Below, piece after piece: positions 18,426-27,539 of a DNA stretch of 64,000 bases. The stretch comes from an uncultured Gammaproteobacteria bacterium (GTDB taxonomy: Bacteria; Pseudomonadota; Gammaproteobacteria; CAWCPV01). The notes under the pieces were generated by a model. It was given only the letters and a program-made list of their open reading frames with translations. It did no database searches and was not told the origin of the DNA. The stretch covers positions 96,001 through 160,000 of the forward strand of contig CAWCPV010000005.1 of NCBI GenBank assembly GCA_963797555.1, in the 5' to 3' direction. Positions within the stretch are counted from its first letter, which is position 1. Every line of letters starts with the position of its first letter. The position numbers were made by a program, and so were the translations under genes.

Positions 18426-19298
18426 ATGGAGAAGGGGTTGCCGAGGTGGTTGGGTGGGCGCGTGCTGAGCGCGGGGGAGCTTGAGAGCATACGGCGGGAG
18501 GCTCGGCTGGCGGAGCCCCGAGTGCGAGCCGAGGTGGCGCGGCGGGTGTGTCGGGTGCTGGGGTGGACCGATGCAGCCGGTAGGCCCAAGCTGATGAGCT
18601 GTCGAGTCGGGCTGCTGCGGCTGCATCGGGCAGGCTGGATCGAGCTGCCGGCGCCGCGCAACGGTAACGGCAATGGGAAGGGGCTGTCGCGCGAGCCGCA
18701 AGATTGGCCCGCTGAGGTACCGGTGGTGGGCGCAGTGCGGGATTTGCAGGGTCTGCACTTGGCGCCGGTTGCTGACCCGGCGGACTCGGCGCTGTGGAAT
18801 GGGCTCATCGACCGGTACCATTATTTGGGCTACCGGCCGCTGCCCGGTGCCCAGCTGCGCTATCTGATTCGCTGGGACGCGGGTGTGGTGGGGGCCATGG
18901 GCTTCGGGGCCGCGGCCTGGAAGGTGGGCGTGCGCGACCGCTGGATTGGCTGGGATGCGCCAAGCCGTGCGCAGCACCTGGGGCAGGTGCTGAACCATGC
19001 GCGGTTTCTCATTCTGCCGTGGGTGCGGGTGGCGAACCTGGCCTCCAAGGTCCTCGGGCGGGCCGCGCGGCAGGTGCCGGGCGAGTTCGAAGAGCGCTAC
19101 GGGGTACGCCCGGTGCTGCTGGAGACCTTTGTCGAGGCCGGCCGGTTCGCGGGCACCTGCTACCGGGCGGCCAACTGGCATCATCTGGGGCAGACCACCG
19201 GGCGGGGCAAGCTCGACCGTGAGGCGCTGCCCATCAAGGATGTCTATGTGTATCCGCTCGATGGCCGCTTTCGCCGGGCGCTCGGGGGAGCCGCATGA
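18426..19298 (+). CDS. DUF4338 (Druantia DruA-like) domain protein inside the IS4 element
   Basis: Motifs LWNGLIDRYHYLGY, GAQLRYL, RDRWIGW, N.ARFLILPWV.V.NLAS, YG.RP.LLETFV and F.GTCYRAANW..LG.T.GRG. Confidence 0.85.
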   Translation: MEKGLPRWLGGRVLSAGELESIRREARLAEPRVRAEVARRVCRVLGWTDAAGRPKLMSCRVGLLRLHRAGWIELPAPRNGNGNGKGLSREPQDWPAEVPVVGAVRDLQGLHLAPVADPADSALWNGLIDRYHYLGYRPLPGAQLRYLIRWDAGVVGAMGFGAAAWKVGVRDRWIGWDAPSRAQHLGQVLNHARFLILPWVRVANLASKVLGRAARQVPGEFEERYGVRPVLLETFVEAGRFAGTCYRAANWHHLGQTTGRGKLDREALPIKDVYVYPLDGRFRRALGGAA

Positions 19299-20629
19299 AT
19301 GCCCTGGCCGAGGAGCTGGCCGCCATCGACTTGGGTGATGCGCGCCTCAACCGCCGGGCGCGACGCACCCTGGAGAAGCTGGGAGCCCATCCCATGCAGA
19401 GCATTCCCACCGCCTGTGGCGGCTGGGCCGAGACCTTGGCGGCTTATCGGCTGTTCGACCATCCCCAGGTCACCGCCCAGGCGGTGCTCGAGCCCCATTA
19501 CGCCTGCACCGAGCAGCGTATGCGCGAATACTCGGTGGTGCTGTGCATCCAAGACACCACGGAAGGGGACTATAGCGGCAAGAACGACATCGTCGGGCTG
19601 GGCCCGCTCAACTACGAGACCCGCCGTGGATTGTACCTGCACCCCACCCTCGCCGTGACCCCCGAGCGGGTGCCCTTGGGGCTATTGGATTTATGGAGCT
19701 GGACCCGCGAGGCGGGCAGTCTGGGCAAGGAGCAGGGCCGCCGGCCCATCGAGGAAAAAGAGAGCCTGCGCTGGCTGGAGGGTTATCGACGCGTCTCGGA
19801 GCTCATCGAGTCCCTGCCCGAGACCCAGTTGGTCTATGTCGCCGACCGCGAGGCCGACATCTACGAGGTGCTCGCGGAACGCGCCGCCACGCAGCCCTGC
19901 GCCGAGTGGCTCATCCGCGCCGAGCGCGCCCGGCTCGCAAGCGCGCCGGTGCTGGCCGAGGCCGAATTCGACCTGCCCGCCACCGCTAGGCGTCCGGCGC
20001 GGCGCATCCACCAGCAACTGCGCGTCGCACGCCTCACTTTCAAGGCCCCGCATCGCTCGGACCGCACCCTGGCGGACATCGAGGTGAGCGCCGTGCTGGC
20101 CCGCGAGGTGGACCCGCCCCAGGGCGAGGAGCCCATCGAGTGGCTGCTCCTCACCAGCCTCCCCGTCGAGACCGCCGAGCAGGCCCTGGAGAAGCTCCAA
20201 TGGTACCTCTGCCGGTGGCAAATCGAGGTGTTCTTCAAGATCCTCAAAAGCGGCTGCCGCATCGAGAAGCTGCAGCTCGAGACCCTCGAACGCCTGGAGC
20301 CCGCGCTCGCCTTCTACCTCATCATCGCCTGGCGGGTGCTCTACCTCACCCTGCTCGGGCGCGACTGCCCGCAGATGCCCTGCAACGTGGTGTTCGCCGA
20401 GGAGGAATGGCGCGCGGTGTATATCGTCACCAAGCGCCAGCCCCCGCCTGAGACACCCCCCTCGCTCGATGCGATGGTGCGTATGGTGGCGAGCTTCGGC
20501 GGCCTCCTCAATCGCAAGGGCGACGGCTTCCCGGGTCCGCAAAGCCTGTGGATCGGGCTGCAGCGAACCCGCGACTTCGTGCTCGCCATGGACGCACAAC
20601 GGGCCTCACAGAGCCCGAGATGTGTATAA
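19295..20629 (+). CDS. IS4/Tn5-type DDE transposase
   Basis: Motifs DLGDARL..R, IQDTT, VADREADIY, Y..RW.IE.FFK.LKSG (YREK) and RKGDG.PG..LW.G. Confidence 0.94.
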   Translation: MNALAEELAAIDLGDARLNRRARRTLEKLGAHPMQSIPTACGGWAETLAAYRLFDHPQVTAQAVLEPHYACTEQRMREYSVVLCIQDTTEGDYSGKNDIVGLGPLNYETRRGLYLHPTLAVTPERVPLGLLDLWSWTREAGSLGKEQGRRPIEEKESLRWLEGYRRVSELIESLPETQLVYVADREADIYEVLAERAATQPCAEWLIRAERARLASAPVLAEAEFDLPATARRPARRIHQQLRVARLTFKAPHRSDRTLADIEVSAVLAREVDPPQGEEPIEWLLLTSLPVETAEQALEKLQWYLCRWQIEVFFKILKSGCRIEKLQLETLERLEPALAFYLIIAWRVLYLTLLGRDCPQMPCNVVFAEEEWRAVYIVTKRQPPPETPPSLDAMVRMVASFGGLLNRKGDGFPGPQSLWIGLQRTRDFVLAMDAQRASQSPRCV

Positions 20630-20964
20630 CGACATGATCCCGAGCCCGTCGCCGCCTTCCAATGGGCCGCCTACCCGGTGCCCAACTCCCTGGCCGTCGC
20701 CTCGTTGGCGTTGCTCGGCGCGGTCTTTCCCCCGCTGATGGCGGGAAGGATCTTCCTTTCCCTGCTGCCTCTCTCGTGGTACGTCGTCCTGGGTCGATTC
20801 GTTCGCCGCATCGACGTTTCTCTGGACCGGGTTCATCGGTTACCAGATGGGAGTTGCTGATGACTTTGTTTGTTGCGCGCTTCAACGTCCAAACCAGACC
20901 CCAGGAAATCGGCCTTTTCGGGGTCCTGCTCTTTTTCGCGCATGCCATGACGTTTCTCATCTTC

Positions 20965-21790
20965 GTGGGGCAATCGAGCACTTGGGTGAGCGAGAACTCG
21001 GCCTGCAGGATGGACAGCGCGTATCGGTAACCCGCTTGCCAGTCCTCCGGGCGAAAGGGGTGAGGCAGCCGCGCCAGCCACTTGCGAAACACCGCTTCGA
21101 TCTTCTCGGCGTCCAGCTCCGCGCACAGTTGCTGCAGCCGCTGGGGGTTCTCGCACCAGAGCACACCGTTGTCGAGGGCAGTGAAGGCGATGCCCTCCTT
21201 GGCGAGCTGGCGCTTGACCCACTCGTGGCCATTGAGGCACACCTTGACCGCATAGGGGAAGTACGAGCAGAACTTGATAAACAGCGGCCCGAAGTCCTCA
21301 TCCAGGAGGTAGAAGTAATAGTGGTTGGGCAGGGCCGAGCCGCGCGTGATCCAAGGATAGCGCTGGCCGGTCTCGGGGTGCTTCCTGCCGGTGGTGCGGA
21401 ACACCGAGGCCTTCTCCTGGGCCTTGCCGATGAACAATACCCCTTCGGAGAAAGCACACCTTGCCAGGTACTCCTTCGCCACATCGTCCTTGCGCTGTCC
21501 TTTCTCGAAGTCGGGCTAGAGCAGGCGCTGCAAACCAAGGACCGGGAGGACCTGCGGGCGCGTCGCATCGAAGGAGAACTCCTGGGATGCGAGGGTAGCG
21601 GACATCCTCAGCCACTGTACCTCAACGGCTATGTGCCTGGGCTGCAGAGCGAAGGGGGCTTTGTGCATTTCGTGCGCAGTCACCTTGGCTATCCCATCGC
21701 CTCCACCGCGGTGATCGCCCCCATGACCGAGGCGTTCGTCCGCTCCATCTGGCGGTTTGCGCAGGAGAGGCGCATTGATGTGGTCGCCTT
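20965..21790. pseudogene. Fragment of an uncharacterised mobile-element protein, split by an inversion (N-part on + 21615-21790, continuation on - 21510-20965)
   Basis: LYLNGYVP.LQ.EGG...HLG.PIAS..IDVVAF on + joins in frame to FEKGQRKDDVAKEY...NHYYFY..D.DFGP.FIK.C.YFPY...LNGHEW on -. Confidence 0.7.
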
Positions 21791-21792
21791 CG

Positions 21793-22215
21793 CGGATTCG
21801 CGGGGTAGGGATACCGTAAGTGATTGAAATCGCGAGGGGTCACATGCCAAGGTCTGCACGACATCGCGGTGGCTGAGGCGGTGTGAACGGTGCTGATTTT
21901 CGGAGCTGGTTGCGCGGGCAGTTCGAGCTTCAACTGCGCGAGCAGCAGTCGCAGTTCGGGCTCAGGTTGGGTGTAGCGGGTGAATGTCAATTCGCGCCCA
22001 TCGGTGGTCGGCACCTGCATATCCACCATCTGCACGGCGGGAAATTCCCCCAGCACGCTGCGCGTGGTTAATCCGGGCGCAAGCGCATGCAAACGTCGCC
22101 CGAGCGTGACATGCAGACAATAAGCGAGAAAGGCGATGAAGATGTGGGCTTCGATACGCTCGATGTGTTGATGAAAGATGGGCCGAATGGCCAAATCACC
22201 CTTGAGATTCTTGAA
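21793..22215 (-). mobile_element. IS1634-family transposase C-terminal fragment and right end
   Basis: Motifs FKNLKGDLAIRPIFHQ..RIEAHIFIAFLAY and PTTDGREL.F.RYTQPE. Confidence 0.8.
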
Positions 22216-22217
22216 GC

Positions 22218-24350
22218 CGGGGCGCCCCTCTCACAGCTATCACACCTACCTCATGGCGGGGCTGGGGCTGGTCGTCGGCGCCGAGGTCAAGGCGGGCGAT
22301 GCGCACTCGGGCAGCCACAGCCTGCCGGGGCTGCTGAAGATACTCGACGCCCTCTCGCCCCCCAGACGACCGAAGCTGGTGCGCGGCGATTGCGGTTTCG
22401 GCTCCGACACCCTCACTGGCCCCGCTGGAGGAGCGGCAACCACCCTACCTGTTCAAGCTCAAGCTCTCGAAGAACGTCAAACGTCACATCGAGCGCATCT
22501 TCTGGCGCAGCGGCTGGTCCGATGCCGGTCAGGGCTGGGAAGGCAAGGACGGCAGCCTGCGTCTCGGTGGCTGGCAGGCGCCGCGGCGCGTCGTGGTGTT
22601 ACGCCGTCCGCTCCAGGGCGAAGTGCTGATTGCGCAGGACCATAACGGCCAGCAACTGCTGGGTTTCATCAAGGCGGACCGAAAGGTGGGTAAGAACATC
22701 ACCGGCTACGAGTATGCCGTGCTGGTGACCAATACCGACTACGAGATTCGAAGGCTCTTTCCGGAATCGTGTGGGTAGCAATGGCTATGGCGTGGGGGCA
22801 TCTGCCTGATCTCCGACACCAGCGGGTGTGTTGAACGGCGAGGCGGGCAGGTGGGCCAGGTTGCCGGCGATGAGGTAGGCGATGGTGATGAGCGAGTGCG
22901 TGGTGCGGTAGCCCCGGGCGCGAGCCTTGGCGGCCTGGATGAGGGAGTTGATGCCCTCGGCGCGGCCGTTGGTGAGGCCCGAGTGGAACGCAGCGAGCAC
23001 GCCGTCCCAATGCTCTTTGAGGGTGGTGGCGAGGCGCTTCATGGGCTGCAGGCGGCTACGCCGTGCCCAGCTATACCAGCGCCCGAGGGCGCTCTCGGCC
23101 TGCTCGAGGGTGCTGGCCGTGGCGTAGATATCGCGCAGCGCCTCCTTGAGGCGCCAGGCGCGGGCGGTCTTGAGGCGGGCGCGGGAGAGCCAGTGGAAGT
23201 CGGTGAGTTGGTCCCAGCCAGGTCCAGCGGGTGCCCCTGAGGGCGGGCTCGGTCTTGATCTCCTGGCGGCGCACCGCGTCGACCGCCTCGTTGGCGAGCT
23301 TGATGACATGGAAGGCATCGAAGCTCACCGTAGCCTGAGGCAGATGCTTGGCCACCCCGGCGCGGTAGGCGGCGGACATGTCGATGCACACCTGCTCGAT
23401 GGCCTGCGGGTCGCCGCCGTGCGCCTTGAGGTCGGCGGCGAAGGCCGCCACGGTGCTCTGGTCGCGGCCCTCGCAGGCGAACAGCAGGCGTTTTCCCGTG
23501 AGGTCATGGAACAGGCTGATGTAGTGCTGTTCACGCCGGGCAGCGGTCTCGTCCAGGCCCACAGCGCTCACCTGCGAGTGGTCCTCCTGAGCACGGGCCC
23601 TGCCTACGTAGCGATCGAGCACCCCCCACAGGCGCTCATCGCCCACACCCAGGTGCCGAGCCACGGTCGCCACCGGCATGGCCTGGCACAGCGTGACCAC
23701 CAGCGCCTCCATCAGCGCCGTGAAGCCACTGTGGGCGCGCGCCCACGGCGCTTCGACCTGGGTCGTCTTGCCGCAGGCCTCGCAGCGCACCCGCGGCAGA
23801 TGCGCGTGCAGGTACGCCCGTGACTTAAAGAAGCTCAGGTGCTGCCAACTGCGCTCCCGGGTGTCGTGCACCGGCTGGCCTTGCACTCCGCAGGCCGGGC
23901 AGGCAAAGCGGCTGCCCTTGGCAAACGCCACATCGAGATCGATGCGCCCAGCCTCGGGGTCGAACCGCACGTCGGTGACCTCCCAAGGCGCTGTCAGGCC
24001 CAGTGCCGTGGTAAACAGATGCGTGGGCTGCACGGTGCTCCCCCCTTGGATGACGGCCTGTGGATTTGTGGACGAGTCCTGCGGAGCGGCCCGCGTCCCA
24101 AGGACCGTGTGGACAACCTCCCGGTTGCCCACACTCGCGGGCCTCTCGCCCACAACCCCACAAGCCCAACCACAAGATGTTGTGATAAGCGACCAGTCAG
24201 GGCAAATGCTACTTCACCACCGCGACCCACACAATTTCCGAAAGAGCCGATTCGAAGCCTCGGCCAACTCTACCGGGACCGGGCCGACGCCGAGAATGCC
24301 TTCGAGGAGCTGAAGAACCAGTGGGGTTGGGGCGGCTTCACCACCCACGC
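22218..24350 (+). pseudogene. IS1380-like transposase fragment interrupted by ISL3 (parts 22218-22752 and 24249-24350)
   Basis: PGRPSH.YH.Y and VRGDCGFG are present. YEYAVLVTNTDYEIR|SLGQLYRDRADAENAFEELKNQWGWGGF reads continuously once the ISL3 is removed. Confidence 0.8.
22753..24248 (-). mobile_element. ISL3-family IS with both ends; transposase (~24033-22785) frameshifted or deleted near 23220
   Basis: TIRs GGCTCTTTCCGGAATCGTGTGGG / CCCACACAATTTCCGAAAGAGCC and an 8-bp TSD GATTCGAA (22745-22752, 24249-24256). Motifs CPAC/CEAC zinc finger, GLDET, CIDMS, FDAFH and TNGRAEG.N. Confidence 0.93.
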
Positions 24351-24488
24351 CTCCAGAGAGTATCACCATGATTATAGCCATTCGTAAACGACTAGAAATA
24401 TCAAATACCACTATACGTGGCACCATGATTCGGCTGATTTCCAACTGCCCGCCAGTCACCATGCCGCTTTGCGAGCCGGCACGCCCCG

Positions 24489-24581
24489 AGGACTGTTGAA
24501 GATGGGTCAGAGTGGCGGTTTCAACTTGCTCGCGAACTCAAGGCTGCAGGTCTTCCAGTTGATATGAACCAGGCAGTATAG
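24489..24581 (+). pseudogene. Short C-terminal relic resembling TIR-like nucleotide-binding proteins
   Basis: Manual translation EDGSEWRFQLARELKAAGLPVDMNQAV*. The resemblance is from memory of the family only. Confidence 0.4.
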
Positions 24582-24836
24582 CTTTAGACGCGGCCTAACT
24601 GGCGTACGTTGCCGACGGCCTTAGCTGTCACGAGGTCCCTGGAAAGCCCTACCTCAGGAATGTCCGCAGATAGCGCGCAACCCCGGCGCCAGAGGGCCAG
24701 GTTGAGAGGGAGGCGAGAGGGGGGGACACATGGGATGAGACGGGACGACGTGGGCCTACGTGGGATGGACTAGGGAGCGCTCGACCGGACCACCGGGCAA
24801 CCTATCGTTCCGGAGTGTGCCGACAGTGTGCCGCTG

Positions 24837-24878
24837 AAACCAGCAAGGCTTGAGCTTCAGCCTAAGCCTTGGTTTTTT
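24837..24878. terminator. Hairpin immediately downstream of tRNA-Gln
   Basis: Inverted repeat AAACC..CAAGGCTT...AAGCCTTGGTTT. Confidence 0.45.
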
Positions 24879-24879
24879 A

Positions 24880-24953
24880 TGGCTGGGGGACGAGGATTCG
24901 AACCTCGGTTAACGGAGTCAGAGTCCGCTGTCCTACCGCTAGACGATCCCCCA
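24880..24953 (-). tRNA. tRNA-Gln (anticodon CUG)
   Basis: The minus strand reads TGGGGGATCGTCTAGCGGTAGGACAGCGGACTCTGACTCCGTTAACCGAGGTTCGAATCCTCGTCCCCCAGCCA. This forms a cloverleaf with T-loop GTTCGAATC and encoded CCA. Confidence 0.97.
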
Positions 24954-25015
24954 AACAGGCGTCTGCGGGGCGGGGCACCCAGAAGCGCGGACCCGCAAGC
25001 GAGGGTATCCCGAGC

Positions 25016-25408
25016 CTAGCGCTTGGAGTACTGAGTCGCCTTACGCGCTTTGTGCAGACCGACTTTCTTGCGCTCGACCTGACGCGCGTCCCGCGTGAGG
25101 AGCCCGGCCTGACGGAGCGGGCTACGCAGGTTTTCGTCGTGAGCCACCAAAGCCCGGGTCAGTCCATGTCGGATGGCACCCGCCTGCCCGGTCATGCCAC
25201 CGCCCGCCACCGTAACATCAACGTCAAAACGCTCAGCAAGCTCCAAGAGGTCGAGCGGTTGCCGCACGACCATTCGCGCGGTCTCCCTGCCAAAGTACTC
25301 GTCAAGAGGTCGTCGATTCACTGTCACCCTTCCTGTACCAGGGCGAAGGAACACGCGCGCCGCGGCAGTCTTGCGGCGTCCAGTACCGTAATGGGGTCGC
25401 TCTGCCAT
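25016..25408 (-). CDS. rpsI: 30S ribosomal protein S9
   Basis: [13 protein letters not shown]...[22 protein letters not shown]. Confidence 0.98.
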   Translation of the reverse strand: MAERPHYGTGRRKTAAARVFLRPGTGRVTVNRRPLDEYFGRETARMVVRQPLDLLELAERFDVDVTVAGGGMTGQAGAIRHGLTRALVAHDENLRSPLRQAGLLTRDARQVERKKVGLHKARKATQYSKR

Positions 25409-25418
25409 GAGGCCCGCG

Positions 25419-25848
25419 TCAGATGTCCAGGGGCCGTGGCTGCTGAGCGGCGTGCCGATGATCCGCACCGGCGTATATCTTGAGCTTGCGAAGCATAGCT
25501 CGGCCCAACGGGTTCTTCGGAAGCATGCCTCGCACGGCGGATTCGATGATGCGCTCCGGCGCCCGCTCGACGAGCCGTTCGAAACTTTCGCCCTTGATGC
25601 CACCCGGGTAGCCCGAATGCCGGTAGTACATCTTATCCGCACCCTTCTTGCCCGTAACGTAGACCTTCGACGCGTTGACCACGATGATGTGGTCACCCGT
25701 GTCCACGTGCGGCGTGAACTCGGGCTTGTGCTTACCACGCAGACGCCGAGCAATCTCGCTCGCCAAGCGACCCAGCGTCTTGCCGCTCGCGTCGACGACG
25801 AACCAGTCCCGATTGAACGTCGGCCGGTCTTGCGCTGAACGTTGTCAT
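25419..25848 (-). CDS. rplM: 50S ribosomal protein L13 (apparent 1-bp insertion near 25813)
   Basis: [11 protein letters not shown] / [38 protein letters not shown]. The span is 430 bp (3n+1). Confidence 0.96.
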
Positions 25849-25888
25849 GGAGCTACGCCCGAGGCTGCCTGCCCAATGAAGAACGGTT

Positions 25889-25917
25889 ATCGTACGTTCG
25901 GGGACGCCGACTGTCAA
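25889..25917 (-). promoter_or_regulatory. Sigma70 promoter of rplM-rpsI
   Basis: TTGACA-17 bp-TACGAT on the minus strand, ~40 bp upstream of the rplM ATG. Confidence 0.7.
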
Positions 25918-25935
25918 GGTCGCTTGTTGCGAATA

Positions 25936-26372
25936 TGTTAGCCCCAAGTAGTAATGTTCCCTCTGTGCAAGGTAGAAATGTCCCCTTTTGGTGGCAACCG
26001 AGGGGGGTTAGGCGTTGGCAGAGGAGGTCTTGAGTGTGAGCAGGAAGGAGCTGGACCGGGTGTGGGTGATGCAGGCGTTGGTGGCGGGGCGGATGAAGCA
26101 GGGCGAGGCGGCTCGGCAGCTTGCGGTGAGTGTGCGTCAAGTGAAGCGGCTGCTGCGCGGCTACCGGCGCGAGGGCCCGCAGGGGTTGGTGTCGCGGCGC
26201 CGGGGGCGGCGTAGCAACCACCGGTTGCCGGAGCGGCTGCGCTGCCAGGTACTGGAGCGGGTGCGGGCGCATTACCCGGACTTCGGGCCGACGCTCGCCC
26301 ACGAGAAGCTCACCGAGGTCCATGGGCTGAGGGTGTCGGTGGAGACCCTGCGGGGCTGGATGATTGGAGACG
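25936..26372 (+). mobile_element. IS1202/ISNCY-type element: left end plus N-terminal HTH transposase fragment
   Basis: The end starts with TGT and has repeated AAGTAG(T/A)AATGT(T/C)CCC. The protein reads S.KELDR...EAA.QL.VSVRQVKRL...YPDFGPTLA.EKL.E.HG..VS.ETLR.WM. Confidence 0.78.
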
Positions 26373-26612
26373 GGGCGCCTCCCCATCTTCCTGATTGCGA
26401 GAAAAGTTGTGCCAACAAGGGGAGTCCTGCGGGAGGTGCCGGTCCGCCTGCTTGGGCCGCAGGAGGGGGGCGTTGAGATGCGCGGATGAAGGCACATCAC
26501 TTCTTGGACCTGCACGCGCTGCCCCCTCCTCCTCGCCAAACCCCAAACCCCGCCACTCAGCACCTGCACCCATCGACGGACTTTGACGGGACCGTGGCGC
26601 CCGCCTGGCTGG

Positions 26613-27350
26613 CTATGGCTGGTTGCACAGGACGGGTGTCCAATGCTGGCCCCGGGCCACCAGCGTGCTTACATGGTGTCGTCCTAGGTCCAGGTCACAC
26701 ACTGACCACTGCCCCGCAAGCGCGTCGCCCGACATGGGAATTGGGCTGGCACATTCCCACGGTAGGCCCGAGAGATCGAGGCCCGCCAGCCCGAGCAGCC
26801 CCTGCCCCGTCGCCTTCAAGAGGGCCTCACGCCGTGTCCAGTGAACCAGGAATCGGCGCGGGCGCAGGTCGGGAGGAAGACTTCTCAGCATCGCCAGCTC
26901 TCGCGCGGAGAAGAATCTGCGAGCCAAGGCGAGGCAATCGAGCGGGCGCGCCAGATCCTCCACGTCCACGCCGACAGGCCGGTCCAGACCGAAGGCGTAA
27001 ACGGCCAGAGCCTGTGAATGCGACAGATTGAACTCCAGGCGCGTTGCCCGAGTGAGCACTGGCTTGCCGCCTGGTTGATAGCTTATCTCCACCGCGTTGG
27101 AAGACGCGCCCAAGTAGCGCGCCAGCAGAGCCCTAAGCATTCCGCGGGCGATGACGAAACGCCGGCGGTCGTCGTCGAATCGGTAACGGGCTGCCCGCGT
27201 CATCTCTTCTGCGGATAACAGGCCCGCCAGCTCAGCAACCCGGGCTCCCCGGGTGTCGAGCGGGACGCACCACACATGGACATGGTCGCGGCGCAGCGGT
27301 GGGCTGTCCTTCGCACTCACGAGCACCCGTAGCTCCCGCCCCAACGGCAT
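26613..27350 (-). CDS. Sfp-type 4'-phosphopantetheinyl transferase
   Basis: Motifs LS.EE..RA.RY, GKP.L, FNLSHS, VGVDVE and WT.REA.LKA.G.GL. Confidence 0.93.
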   Translation of the reverse strand: MPLGRELRVLVSAKDSPPLRRDHVHVWCVPLDTRGARVAELAGLLSAEEMTRAARYRFDDDRRRFVIARGMLRALLARYLGASSNAVEISYQPGGKPVLTRATRLEFNLSHSQALAVYAFGLDRPVGVDVEDLARPLDCLALARRFFSARELAMLRSLPPDLRPRRFLVHWTRREALLKATGQGLLGLAGLDLSGLPWECASPIPMSGDALAGQWSVCDLDLGRHHVSTLVARGQHWTPVLCNQP

Positions 27351-27539
27351 CTCGCCTTCCGCCGGCCCACCGGTGATAATGTGTCGCCTCCACGGTTCCT
27401 CGTGCAGGCCGTCATGGTCTTGCTCTGGAGAACGCGGCTGCCAGCCGCGGAGTCCCCTAAGACATCGCAGCCGACTTGTGTCCTTTCACGACGTTCCAGA
27501 CCCGGCGCCCCGCACGACGATCATCTAGGCCCCTGACCG

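Larger units (their letters stand above)
18317..20636 (+). mobile_element. IS4-family (IS50/Tn5-like) element with two ORFs
   Basis: 20-bp terminal inverted repeats CATGGCGTTATACACATCTC / GAGATGTGTATAACGACATG match at 19/20 and contain the Tn5-like TTATACACATCT core. No TSD is visible. Confidence 0.9.

Noticed and set aside
18426-19298. Complete Druantia defence system
   Set aside because: There is no DruE helicase or other Dru gene, and the gene lies inside IS terminal repeats.
25800-25830. Programmed frameshift in rplM, prs or mrr
   Set aside because: No slippery heptamer in rplM and no precedent. Several independent +1 indels point to consensus error.
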